Below, in pieces: positions 25,183-38,289 of a DNA stretch of 64,000 nucleotides. A program made the translations under genes and the position numbers. The stretch lies in assembly GCF_009914755.1 (NCBI RefSeq), contig NC_060926.1, one strand, 5' to 3'. This DNA is from the human T2T-CHM13v2.0 reference genome, Homo sapiens. Numbering within the stretch: the first letter of the stretch is position 1; each line of letters opens with the position of its first letter. The notes under the pieces are model-generated. The model searched no databases, was not told the origin of the DNA, and worked only from the letters and a program-made list of their open reading frames with translations.

Positions 25183-27649
25183 CATCTGAATATTTGTTTC
25201 TTTAATGAGTGTACTCCACAGGTGTCTATTTATTTTGGTATTCCTGATAACATGTTTTGGGGTAGACCCAAAGGCTAGGCCCTTGCCTGCGTCTCTCCAT
25301 TATGTTTATAAAGAGGGGAAGGGACATGCCCCAGGGCTGAGAAACCCAGGCCCCACAGCATCATGTTAACCACTATATAAGTCTCCTAGTCAAAGATTCA
25401 CTTTTAAACTACTTTAAATAAGCAATTTCCTGTTTAGTTTATTGAGGGGGTTGGAGGAAGAGTACACAAAAAAGTAAGGCTGGAGAGCAGCAGCAGTCCA
25501 GACCCACCATCATCTGCAAACCTACCGTTTGATAGCTTCTGTGGCCTGGGCTGTCCTATATTTTTCGTGGCAAAGAAACTGGTTATGCCAAGGTGACACA
25601 GAAAGGGAAAAACAAAACTAAAACAGCTTTCCCCCACACTACTCACCTTTATCTGCCTCCTATTATCCTGTGCTCCTGCTGCAGACATACCACAGCCCTC
25701 TCCACACAGAGACTGCTTCTTGGTAGTCTTCAATCTCAGCTTGATTTATTTTCTTAATTATTGTTATTTTCCTTAACCTATACTTTCCTTGAGCTTCTGT
25801 AGTCTCTCTAGCATTGATTCAGAAGAATAAAGTGTGCAGTCCATTCAAATTCACCATTACAGCAGCAGGTACTGGAAACATTTATAGCATTCTATGTCTG
25901 GTTATTCAGATTTTTTTTCTACTTAAAACCTTTCTTAAAAATTGAAATGTATAATATTTGCAAAAGTTTTCATAAGTAAATAATTTTAAGATATATTAAA
26001 CCCAGTATATCTTTTTTTAAAAAAACCTATATTTATTTTTACTTTTTATTGTTACTTTTTCTCATCCTCCTTAAGACTTTGAGAGGATTCTTCGGTTACA
26101 AGCTTACTTTACATGTTTTCTATTTTTCTGTATGGGTCATTCAACTTATACAGAATTTGACACTGTGAATTTTCCTCTGAATACTTCAGACAGATTTTCT
26201 GGGTTTTAATATGTGCTATTTCCTTTATCATAAATAACTTGTTCTTTTTATTACTAGTCACCTCAATTTGTACACTCCCATTCCCCCCCCCCACCGCCAA
26301 ATAATAAAACGTTTCCCTGATTAAAAAAAAAACAACAACAACAAATTTCCAAGGCACTTATGGCTGGGGTGCCAGCCTTTATATAGAAACTCAGAAACCA
26401 CCAATAACTAGGCATAACTAGGAAAAGAAAATTAATCACCACAGAGCTGAAACTCCCTGACTAGACAATTTTCTAACACTGTTGATTTTCCTCCTAAGTC
26501 ACTTTTCCTATTTTAGCACGGTAAGCAGCTTTTCACAAGGGATCTGTAGTGTTGTATTCAAACAAGCACGGCTGTATGAAATACTTCCTCTCTAGCTGGA
26601 ACGTGTCAATCATTTCATGTAATTAATTTCCTAATGATCCTGAAACATTTGCTTTCTACCTGAATGATCTCATTCTGGTACCAGGCAATTTTCTGGAGCA
26701 TTTTAAATGTAAAGTTTGTAGGTAAACCCAAGTAAATACATTGTAGACAACTTGCAGAGGAAAAACTCAGGATCAAACCTTTTCCCAATGAAGTGTATAA
26801 TATTTTCTTTGACGGAAGCAAAGTGATATATAGCGTGCCACAACTAAACTGTAAAAATACCACGACCTTTCATCAGTCTCAATTATTAGGAGTAATAGCC
26901 TCAGGCTGAAACTACTTGAGAATCCCTGATGATATTTAAGACAGAAAAACTACAGAATCTAATGCAAAGTCCACGGCCAAACTGTGCTGGGATAGGGTTG
27001 CCTAGTGGTCCATTCATCATTTTTTTTTTCTGCTTACACTGGGGCTGACATCTACTTATTAAGTCTTTCCCTGGGTCATTTCACACTGCTGGAGAGGCAA
27101 AGTAGAAATCCCATCAGGAGGCCTGCATTTCCAGAGGGAAGGGAGGGATTTTATTTTTGGTGCCATCATTATCTTATTAGGCAAAAGGAAAACTGTTGGT
27201 CCTGATAGATCCCTTCCTGTTCTTTCAAAAGTCATATCCAGTGTAGATGAGTGCCCCAATGCACAGGAAAGTGCTAGGAGAAATAAAACAAAAAACTGCT
27301 GTCCTGTGAAATAGTAATATTTTTCAATAGCTAGGGACCACGCCTTGCTGATGAGGGAAGCCAGGCTGAACTGAGCATTGTAAACAGACTGTGACAATCT
27401 ACCGGAAGAAAAGAAGGGATGGGAGGAATCAGTAAACAAGATTCAAGGAATGGGTAAATCTTTCATTAAATACTATGGACTAAACCTCCTCAGTGGAGAG
27501 ACTAGCAATATTTCACTGAAACAGGCAGTGACAATATGCAAGCAGATTGCTTTTTATCCAGGATGGAATTCAGAAACCTTTGTTTTCCCTGTTCTCTGAC
27601 ATGTGGCACTTTACTTAACTAGGAATTTATGAAACAAACTGCAGCAGTA

Positions 27650-28050
27650 TTTGCAACACCTCCAACTGTGTCACCAACGGAAATCATGTATGTCATATCA
27701 CATATCACATTTCAATTGTAGGAGATATTATGGAATACCATTTTCATGGACCAATACTTCTAAAATATAATGTTCTTGGCCCTGACACTAACTCTTATTA
27801 TATAATAAAGAAACACATTTTGTTCATGCCAAGTGAAGGCAAAACAAAAAAAAGAAGGAAAAAAGAGAAACAGACATTACTATATCACTTTTTAATTATT
27901 TTATAACTATACTTCAATATAATTTATTTCCTTTAGGATCATGTGCATTTTATTTTATGCATTTGAAAAACTTTTTTTTTCCTCAGAAGGAGGTCTATAG
28001 GCTTTACCATACTGCAAAGTCCATAGCACAAAGAGCTTAAGAATGTTTGC
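27650..28050 (+). mobile_element. hAT-Charlie (Charlie4a-like) fragment
   Basis: TGTGTCACCAACGGAAATCA...TTTTATTTTATGCATTTGAAAA...GGTCTATAGGCTTTACCATACTGCAAAGTCCATAGCACAAAGAGCTTAAGAA. Confidence 0.55.
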
Positions 28051-28699
28051 CTTATTCTAAATTTATATTCATTAGGCAAAATCACTCCCCTCATTCCTTC
28101 AGGGTTTGTGTGTGTGTGATCTCAGTACACAAGTATAGACACATTCAGATCACTGTGATGAACCCAGTCAATTTCAAAGATGGTTTTTCCTATTACCAAA
28201 AGTCTAGATGCAACAATGGCATCTAAATACAATGACATTTAAAATCATCTTAAGATGTGTTTTTAAATATGTCAAATATTATTATGACATATTATGTTTT
28301 TAAATATGTCTAAATATATAAGTTAGTCAAGGATGGAGGCTCAAAATAGACCTAAGACCCTTCCTAGGCCTCCTATCAGTCTGTAGAAACCTTGGCTCAG
28401 GAGAGAAAGGTTAAGAACTGGATTTTACTTCCCTTATAGTAATCTCTGAGTTACTGGTGAGCAATCCCACCACACGCTCACCCCAGAATAAATATCCTAG
28501 GTCATGAACAACTAGATGTGTAATGAGATTCAACAGGGACAGTCTGTGAGGGGTGGGCAGTCACGAGGGGTGAATGGAAGGTGGTAGTCTGCATCATTGC
28601 AGCACAGTCTTTTTTTTTTTTCATGGAAACCTCTGCACAAACCAGGTAGGCATTTACAAAGCAAGAGGCAGCTTGAAACACTTGCCAGGCCCAGAGAGT

Positions 28700-29110
28700 G
28701 CAACACCGTCATACAGCAATGCTGGTCAAGGGATATCTTCCTTTCACCTTTATTTTTGCCCTCAGTTCCGCCACACTCCTGCTGCTAGGGTGGATCAGAA
28801 CCCAGTCTCAGTATGATGGGGAGAGAGAGAGATGGAGGTAATGAGGACCACATCTCCATTCCTGGCTTCTTGTTTGAGGCAGGCTCCAACTGGAGGAGTT
28901 GAGAAAATTTAACTTTAATCAAGTTTGGAGTTTTGCATATTAAATGCATTTGGACATTCTAATTTCTGAACGAAGATTCTGTTTGGTGACTTAAGAATCC
29001 ATGGTACTTATTTGCATAGTCATCTCATGCCCCAAGATATAGCTCAGGCAGAGAAAGAAATCCCTTCAATGAATTTTAAAGAGACAGAATACAAAATTAA
29101 GTGGCATTAT
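28700..29110 (+). mobile_element. LTR78-like ancient ERV LTR fragment
   Basis: TTTAACTTTAATCAAGTTTGGAGTTTTGCATATTA...TGGACATTCTAATTTCTGAAC...TTTGGTGACTTAAG. Confidence 0.55.
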
Positions 29111-29445
29111 GGTTACACTCCATGAATCCTATACATTCCTAATGAAGCTTATACTGATTTTTGTCTTTTTTCTCAGCTGTACAAAACTTCTTCTGTGTTT
29201 AGTTTGCTTTATCCCAGATCCCCAGTCAGTTCCTAGTGTTCATTCCCAGGTTTGTTCTTGTCCAGAAAGCCTCCTCAGTTCATTCCCTTGCAATATAAAC
29301 CCTGCCTACCCATCTGGTCTGGCTCAAACCCATTGCTTCAGCTATGTTTTATTTAAATGCACAGTCCACATTGATTCCTTTCTAATTTCTATTGCTTTTT
29401 GCAGTACCACTTATTTACAATTGCCATATTCCATTTTTATACAAT

Positions 29446-29990
29446 TTATTTTTTTCTTTTTCAACTTTTTGGTTCAGGGGGGTATGTGTGTAGGTTTGTT
29501 GCATGGGTAAATTGCATGTTGCTGAGGTTTGGTATACAAATTATTTCATCACTCATGTTGTGAACACAGTAACTGACAGGCAGTTTTTTGACTCTCAGAC
29601 TCCCCTTAGCCTCTACCCTCAAGTAGACCCTGGTATCTCTCATTCCTCTCTTTGTGTCCATGTGCACTCAATGTGTAGCTCTCACTTGTAAGAGAGAATA
29701 TGCATTGGTTTTCCATTCCAGCGATAATTCACTTAGGATAATGACCTCCGGCTGCATCCATGTTGCTGCAAAGGACTGATTTTCCTCTTTTTTTTATGAC
29801 TGTGAACCACATTTTCTTTACCCAGTTCACTGTTGTTGGGCATCTTGGTTGATTCCATGTCTTTGCTACTGTGAATAGTGCTGTGATGAACATATAAATG
29901 CATGTGTCTTTTTGGTAGAGTAATTTATATTCCTTTGGGTAATGGGATTGCTGGATTGAATGGTTATTCTGCTTTAAGTTCTCTGAGAAA
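29446..29990 (-). mobile_element. L1PA (approx. PA15/16) 3' end; non-inverted part of a twin-primed insertion
   Basis: T-rich tail at left; GGTAAATTGCATGTTGCTGAGGTTTGG; GCTGCATCCATGTTGCTGCAAAGGAC; ORF 29729-30013 contains the ORF2p C-terminus (MFITALFTVAKTWNQPRCP). Confidence 0.92.
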
Positions 29991-31386
29991 AGGCTTTTAA
30001 TAAAACTCAACATCCCTTCATGTTAAAAACCTTCAACAGACTGGGCATTGAAGGAACATACTTCAGAATAATAAGAGCTGTCTATGACAAATGCACAGCC
30101 AACATCATACTGAACAGGCAAAAGCTGGACGCATTCTCCTTGAGCACTAGAACAAGAATAACAATGCCCACTGTCACCACTCCTACTTAACATAGTACTG
30201 AAAGTCCTAGTCAGAGTAATCAGGCAAGAGAAAGAGATAAAAGGTATCCAAATAGGAAAAGAGGAAGCCAAACTATCTCTCTTCACATATGATATGATTC
30301 TATACCTAGAAAACCCCATAGTCTCTGCCCAAAGGCTCCTGCAGACTGATAAACTTCAGTAAAGTTTCAGGACACAAAATCAATGTAAAAGATCAGTAAT
30401 ATTTCTATACAGCAGTAACATCCAAGCCAAATCAAGAATGTAATCCCATTCACAATAACTACAAAAAGAATAAAATACCTGGGAATTCAGCTAATCAGCA
30501 AGGTGAAAGATCCCTACAATGTGAATTACAAAATGCTGCTGAAAGAAATCAGAGATGACACAAACAGATGGAAAAACATTCCATGCTTATGGACAGGAAG
30601 AATCAATATTGTTAAAATAGCTGTATTGCCCAAAGTGATGTACAGATTCAATATGATTCCTATCAAACTACTAACATCATTTTTTACAGAGTTAGAAAAA
30701 TCTATTTTAAAATTCATATGGAACCTAAAAAGAGCCCGAATAGCCAAAGCAATTCTAAGCAAAAAGATCAAAGCGGGAGGCATCACCCTACTTGGCTTTA
30801 AACTGTAATACAAGGCTGCATGTATTAGTACCAAAACAGCATGGTACTAATACAAAAACAGCATGGTACTAATACAAAAACAGACACATAGACCAATGAA
30901 ATGGGTTAGAGAACCCAGAAATAAAACTGCACACCTACAACCATCTGATTTTTGAGAAAGTCAACAATAGCAAGCAATAGGGAAAAGACTCCCTATTCAA
31001 TAAATAATGCTGGGGTAACTGGTTAGCCACATGTAGAAGATTAAAACTGTACCCCTTCCTTTCACTATATGCAAAAAATCAATCCAAGATGTATTAAAGA
31101 CTTAAATATAAGAACAAAAACAATAAAAACCCTAGAGGAAAACCTAGGAAATACCATTCTGGACATAGATCTTGGCAAAGATTTCACGAGAAAGTCTCCA
31201 AAAGCAGTTGCAACAGAAACAAAAAAAACAACAAATGGGAACCAATTAAATGAAAGGGCTTCTGTACAACAAAAGAAACTATCAACAGAGTAAACAGACA
31301 ACCTACAGAATTAGAGAAAATATTTGCAAACTATGCATCTGACAAAGGTCTAATATCCAGAATCTATAAGGAACTTAAACAAATCA
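29986..31386 (+). mobile_element. L1PA ORF2 segment (RT domain onward); inverted part of the same insertion; inactivated
   Basis: [14 protein letters not shown] at start; [13 protein letters not shown] in place of LFADDMIVYLENP; ORF 30503-30808 ([27 protein letters not shown]); frameshifts and stops. Confidence 0.92.
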
Positions 31387-32387
31387 TCAGTCTTTTTCTG
31401 AAGTTAACAATACATCATATTTCTCTTTATTTTTTTGGAATTGTGGGTAACTTCTAGTCTGGGAAAATATGATGATCCATTTCTTATCATTTCTAGTATA
31501 AATGTAAATAAAAATCTTATTTCCAATCATACCTGCATCTACAGGACATAAATCTTGGAATATTATCTGTTTACATGTAAATATCCTAAGCCTATGCTTT
31601 AAAGAGATTTCAGTTTTATTTAAAATTCATGCAAGGTTGGAAGGAGCAAAAAGGTGTCTCAGGGGTCTTGTGTATTTTAGAGAGGAATGTCAAGAATGCA
31701 GGCTTCCCAGCTTGTAAAACAATAGCTTCTTTGATTGGAAGTTCAGTTGTGCTTTGCCTGACATTTTCTGTTTTTAAATCCAAAGGTAAATTTAACTTAG
31801 GGAGGAGATATGTCTGTTTGTCAGCTTCAAAAGCGATTTGTTTTCGTTTTGTTTCTTTTTTTTCCAAGCAGTAAATCTTTTGAAATTTAAACTCTACCCT
31901 TGTTTATCACTGCAGTTATTGCTTTAGAGGTTAAAGTTTGTAACATAGTCCCTTCTCTACCCGCTGAAAGACAGGAGACAGAAAAGCCTATTTGAGAAAT
32001 TCTGTTGGTAAACCTATTCCCAACGACCCTATTTAAGGCAGATTATGCTGTTCAAAACATGCCACTAATCTATATTTTCTTGATATCATAATAAAAGAAG
32101 CTGCCATCAACAAAATAGCCCCTTGTCAATCAAACACTTGCCAAAATTATACCCCACTTTTGAGCTCATGCAAAAAAAAAGTTTCCATTGTTTTGTGCCT
32201 TTCTCAAATACATATCAACCAACATTAGTAATTAATATCCTCATGACATCCCTCATATTTTTGTACATCTTTCAATATTTGGGTTAATTCTTTTCCTTAT
32301 GCATATTCCTAAAACACGGAAAAACAAGAGAAAATTCTTGGTACCCATCCTCTAGTATGATTCTATTATTAAATAAATTTTTTTCTA

Positions 32388-32726
<339 letters not shown>

Positions 32727-32951
32727 TCATTTACTTTCTCGTGGTAATATTTAAAAAGAAAACAAGAACACCTCTTTTTGAGTCATCAAACATGTAGAAT
32801 TGAAAGCTAAACCTGAATTTTAATACTATAAATAGACCATTTTCAAATGATTCACCGATTACCAAAAAGTAAAAGTTAGATATGGGAAAATAACTTTTTG
32901 GTTTACCGAGAGACTGAGGATCATGGAAGGCTGGACTTGCCTTTAAGATAA

Positions 32952-33290
32952 CAGGAGTGGGCAAATTACAGCACTTGGGCCAAATCAGCCAAAAGGGCAG
33001 ACCACCCATTTTAGTGTGAGAGCTAAGAATGTTTTCTATATTTTAATATGGTTAAAAAAAATCAACCGAAATTTAAAAGAAAATAGCACTTCATGAAAGG
33101 CATGAAACATGAAATTAAGCTCTCAGTGTCCATAAATAAAGTGTTTTTAGAACACAGTCATGGTCAATCATTTGCATATTGCCTATTGCTGCATTCACAA
33201 AACAGTGGCGGAGTTGAATAGTTACAACAAAGACTGTATGACCTGCAAAGCCTAACATGTTTACTAGCTGATCCTTTACAAAGAAAGTTA
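32952..33290 (+). mobile_element. MER58B hAT DNA transposon
   Basis: CAGGAGTGGGCAAATTACAGC...GAGCTAAGAATG...CAGTGTCCATAAATAAAG...GACCTGCAAAGCCTAA...CCTTTACAAAGAAAGTT. Confidence 0.85.
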
Positions 33291-33466
33291 AGATTATGTC
33301 TGTTTTCTGAAACAGTTCCACTGATAACAGCACATATATTTATGGACCATTAAGTTGTGATTAAATATGATTGCTATAAATCAAGCCTTGAAATACCATC
33401 TGTCTATTCTTCTAAGAATGATGACTTCAACAGCTCTTTGGCACAATAGACAGTGATTTATTTTAA

Positions 33467-33766
<300 letters not shown>

Positions 33767-34094
33767 TTCTAATTCTTTTATTCAGTTTCCCTTTGACCAG
33801 CCAAATACTTATTTTCAAAACAGGAAAAACTATGAAATATTCCCTTGGGTATGTACTGACTTACCTGTTGATATGTATTTTGCTGAGAATAGATACCAGA
33901 ATTTAATATATACCAAAACTGGCACTCCAAAGAAGTGTTTATTTATTTTACTTAATTTCTCCCTTGAAACACACCTAATAAAAATGTTCCTGATAAATTT
34001 CCCAAATACATACTGTTAGAATGTCAATAAAAGCTTCAGTACAGTAGTATAGTTGTTTCTTCAAAATGAGAAATATACAGTATTTATTCAGCTA

Positions 34095-34630
34095 TTTATT
34101 CAATCACTTGCAAGAAAATAATCTCAAACTGAAAGAAAAAGATAATTTATTGGCACATATGATTGAGAAATCCCTGTTTTAAAATGATGCCAATTACAAC
34201 GAATTTTCTCTCCTTCTTTTGGTTTAGCTTGTCTCTACCCATCTCTCTGTGGTGTTGTCTACCTCTTTAGGCTACATGTGATGGGAAGAAGCTAGCAGTA
34301 GCTTTCTATATTCATTCTCTGAAATTTAAGTCCAACAGAATAAGAGAGCATCCATTCCCAGTACATACAGCACAGAAACACAGATTCACTATGATTAGAA
34401 CCACGTGGGAGACATGAGACTACAAGGGGGATTGGGAATTCTCATTGGCCAAGCCTGGGTGCTATGCCCCACCCTGGCCATCACTGCCATCCCAGCCAAT
34501 AACTGGCTAAAAAAAATGAGAAGAATGGGTTCCCAAAGGAAAGTTGAGGGTTTTTGTTGTTGTTGTTGTTGTTTGTTTGTTTGTTTGTTTGTTTTTGTCA
34601 GAATAAGGAAGAAGAAATGTAAGACCAGGA
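34095..34630 (-). mobile_element. old MaLR LTR (MLT1K-N-like)
   Basis: TTGCAAGAAAA...AATTTATTGGCACATATGATTGAGAAATCC...CATTGGCCAAGCCTGGGT...TTCCCAAAGGAAAGTTGAGG. Confidence 0.55.
34553..34598. repeat. (GTT)n(GTTT)n microsatellite
   Basis: direct reading. Confidence 0.9.
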
Positions 34631-35271
34631 AATTTACTATTTGAATTAAATTATTCTTAACCACATTTAGAACTTTCACCAAATACTGTTCATGATTTTT
34701 CTACTGCTAATTCATTTTTATTTTTCACAAAGAAAGCTTTAAAATATTATACATTAGGTGAGGCTGAGAGAAGAGAAACTAAAAGAAGTTTGGTGGAAGC
34801 TTTTGACCATGTTTCATGTATGCCTATCCCTTAACCACCTTCAACATGAGGCCAGTCCATGGCAAACAATTGTTAATCATCTGTGTACTGCATTTTGCCA
34901 CCAGTCACCCTCCAACATGCCTCTGCAACACAACACCAGGCCATCAGAATGCTGCGTGATGGGCTCTCAAAGGGGAATGGTGGCCACAGGATTGGCCTTC
35001 CATAAGCTGATCCCAGAAAAGGAGTTTAATGAGCTCTAAGATCAACCTAGGCCCAGTTGATTGACTTATGGTAAAATTCAGTTTGCATCTGCTCTTTGGG
35101 GTCTCTTTAATTGTCATGATCCTTTTTTCCCTAGAGTTCCCTTTGTCTAAGCAAAACAACAACACAAGAGAACCTTTTCTTTATTTCGGACTTAAGTAAC
35201 ATTCATGCTCTGGTCCTCTGTCCCAACTTGGTGTTCTGTATCTTTCCTATCATTCCAGCTATGGACATCTA

Positions 35272-35485
35272 TTTTTTTTTAATAATTTCTACTTTTATTT
35301 TAGATTCAAGTGGTACATGTGCAGGTTTGTTATCTGGATATATTACATAATGCTGAGGTTTGGGGCACAATTAATCCCATTACCCATGTACTGAGCATAG
35401 CACCCAATGGTTAGTTTTTCAACCTTTGTCCCCCTCCCAATCTCTCCTCTCTAGTAGTCCCCAGTTTCTTTTGTTGCCATCTTTA
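35272..35485 (-). mobile_element. severely 5'-truncated L1PA (approx. PA13-16), 3' UTR only
   Basis: GGTACATGTGCAGGTTTGTTA...TAGTAGTCCCCAGT...TTGTTGCCATCTTTA; TSD GGACATCTATTT / GGACATCATTT. Confidence 0.88.
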
Positions 35486-35721
35486 GGACATCATTTAAAA
35501 AAAAAAAAAAAAAGCTTTGAGAATACAATTTGTATATTTGGGTCTGAAATATCATTTTAGTAGAAAAAATATGAAATAAGTTACTATAAGTATGTCCATA
35601 TTTTTAAAAGGCTAAAAATACCTTGACTCACAGATTGGGCCAACTATCTCTTTTTAAAAATAATAATAGGCCAAGAAACAGCATATTATTATTTTTATCA
35701 AAGACCTTAGCATTTTATTTA

Positions 35722-36064
<343 letters not shown>

Positions 36065-36431
36065 TGATTAATCTACATTCCCTACACATCTTATTGGCCG
36101 GAATTCAGTTTCTCTAAGGCAATCAGACTGCAGAACCTAGTCCTCTTGTGTGCCCAGAAAGAAAATGAAAAGGACTTCAAGAACCACTCAGGATTGTCCC
36201 TGCTACAGGAAATAAGGAGAGGCTTTCTGGAAGAGGAAGAAATTAATCAAGCCTAGAAAGATTAAGTAAGCACATTTCATCTCTGGCCTGGAAATTCTAG
36301 TAGCCCTTTCAGGAGCAAGAAAGTCTAGTACTCTCTTAATATTGAGTCTAGGATGTGAGATGATGGTTATGACTCCATATTCAGAAGTGTGAGCAATCAG
36401 TGGCAGCTCCATTCCTGGAAACACAGTAGAG

Positions 36432-36520
36432 TCTGTCAGCTGTAGCTGACAGAGGTAGTGATTGATGGAAACCTGCCACCTTCACTTGAATCTGTCATAA
36501 ACCGTCTGCAACTAATCAAT
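36432..36520. promoter_or_regulatory. candidate TALE/HOX enhancer core (MEIS palindrome, PBX-HOX site, MEIS-HOX site)
   Basis: TCTGTCAGCT-GT-AGCTGACAGA 36432-36453; TGATTGATGG 36459-36468; CTGTCATAAA 36492-36501. Confidence 0.35.
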
Positions 36521-36678
36521 TCCACTACACAGTGAGAGTTGTAATGATTCTGAATCCATTTTGTTTCTGAATAGATAGATATGTCTATAATCACACTCAA
36601 TCTTTAAACTTTCTGCTTTCTCTGACTGTATCATGTATATTATGTATTTGGAAGCATTTGATACATAGATGATATTAA

Positions 36679-36712
36679 TAGATGGATGGATGCATAGATG
36701 GATGGATGGATG

Positions 36713-36743
<31 letters not shown>
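36679..36743. repeat. (GGAT)n(AGAT)n tetranucleotide STR
   Basis: direct reading. Confidence 0.95.
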
Positions 36744-37583
36744 CAAGCAAATGATGGAGTGAAGTAGCAACTGGGGAGACAAAGAATAAAAGCCTACACT
36801 TTCCAAGGACATTTTAATTCCCTCTTTTTCTTCTTCTTCTTTTCTTATTTATTTATTTATTTTTGTTTCCCGCAAAGGATTTATCAGGATTAGCAATCAA
36901 CTGAGCAGTGGAATTTTATGAAATGCCTGAAGGTAATTATGTGGAATTGTGAAATGTATATCAGTGGGATTACTCTAGTCTTGTCTAATTATTTGACCGT
37001 TATCAATACAACTGAGTGATAAGTATTTAGAAGATGCTATTTAAATATTTTTCAGTGAATACTGAGAGGCACAGTCTCTTGATAAACCCCTTCCTATTCA
37101 ATAAGCATGTCAAAATATTAAACAATGTCATCTTAGGAAAGGTAAGAATGGAATTTTGGAACTTAAGCTAAAACTGCCATAAAGACGCTATGGCGTTTCA
37201 AACAAGCTGTAGTTGTTTGCATAGATTGGTAGAATTTAATTTTGGAAAAATTACTAATCTGAACAACTAGCGATCAGCCCTGGTGCATAAAATTACTTGC
37301 TTTCAAAAATTCTGACCACAAATATTCACAATGGATGCACAAACAAATTTTGCCAGCCACAATACGAAAGATTTTTGGAATCTTACCTTGTCTTGGCAAA
37401 ATAAGTTGCTTGATTTTTCTTGATTGTCTTGTATTGAGTACTAAAATTAAAGGTGCAGGAACAGCACATTTTCTTTCTCTTCCTAACTTGACTATTTTTG
37501 GTTTCGTGAAAAAATATTGATTGCAAAGCACTACCTTTGTGCTAAATTTTAAAACTGCCGCTTATAACATGCTGCTTGTGTAA

Positions 37584-37615
<32 letters not shown>

Positions 37616-37669
37616 AAGAAAAAAAAGAATGTGCAAATTGCAGAAGAAAGTGAGGTACAATGAGTAAGA

Positions 37670-37900
37670 TCGCAGGTGCAATTATCAGACTTCTTGGCAA
37701 AACCTCTCTACCACTTAGATGGACCCCTGTGGGCACATTATTTTTCTGCAACTAATTTCATCATTTATGATATAATGATCATATTAGTATTCACTGGTTA
37801 AGTGATGTGATAATTAAATGAAACAGATAATCTATTTAAAATACTGGCTATGATGTGTGGCAAAGTGTAAGCCCTCTATAAATGATAGCTATCATTATTT
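37670..37900 (+). mobile_element. MIR (degraded)
   Basis: CTCTCTACCACTTAG...TGTGGGCACATTA...ATGATGTGTGGCAAAGTGTAAGCCCTCTATAAATGATAGCTATCATTATT. Confidence 0.55.
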
Positions 37901-38289
37901 GATAAAATATATTCAGACATGTCTCCAAAGTGATCTGGCGATCATCAGTTTGTGATAAAGCAAAGTGACGTGAGACCATCATGCTAGACTTGTGTTAGAA
38001 TCTGTTCCACTTTCCACTAACCTACTTATGAAACAGTCTTTAGAGAAATGTAGAAGACATGATATGCATATTATTAAGAACACTCTAAGTCCTAAATATT
38101 TACTATCAGTCTTTTGAAATATTTCAGGAGTAAATAGCACCTTAGACAATGTCCAGAAAGACTGACACATTTTGTCTTGAATTTTCCACACAGTCCTTTC
38201 TACCTTAACCCCACTAAATTTTATTTCCATCTGGATCACGACTTAAAAACTTGATCAGTAAGATATCCAGTAATCAATTGTGCCAAATG

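Noticed and set aside
30503-30808. Apparently intact reverse-transcriptase-like ORF
   Set aside because: Fragment of a dead L1 ORF2; the catalytic FADD motif reads FTYD and neighbouring frames are broken
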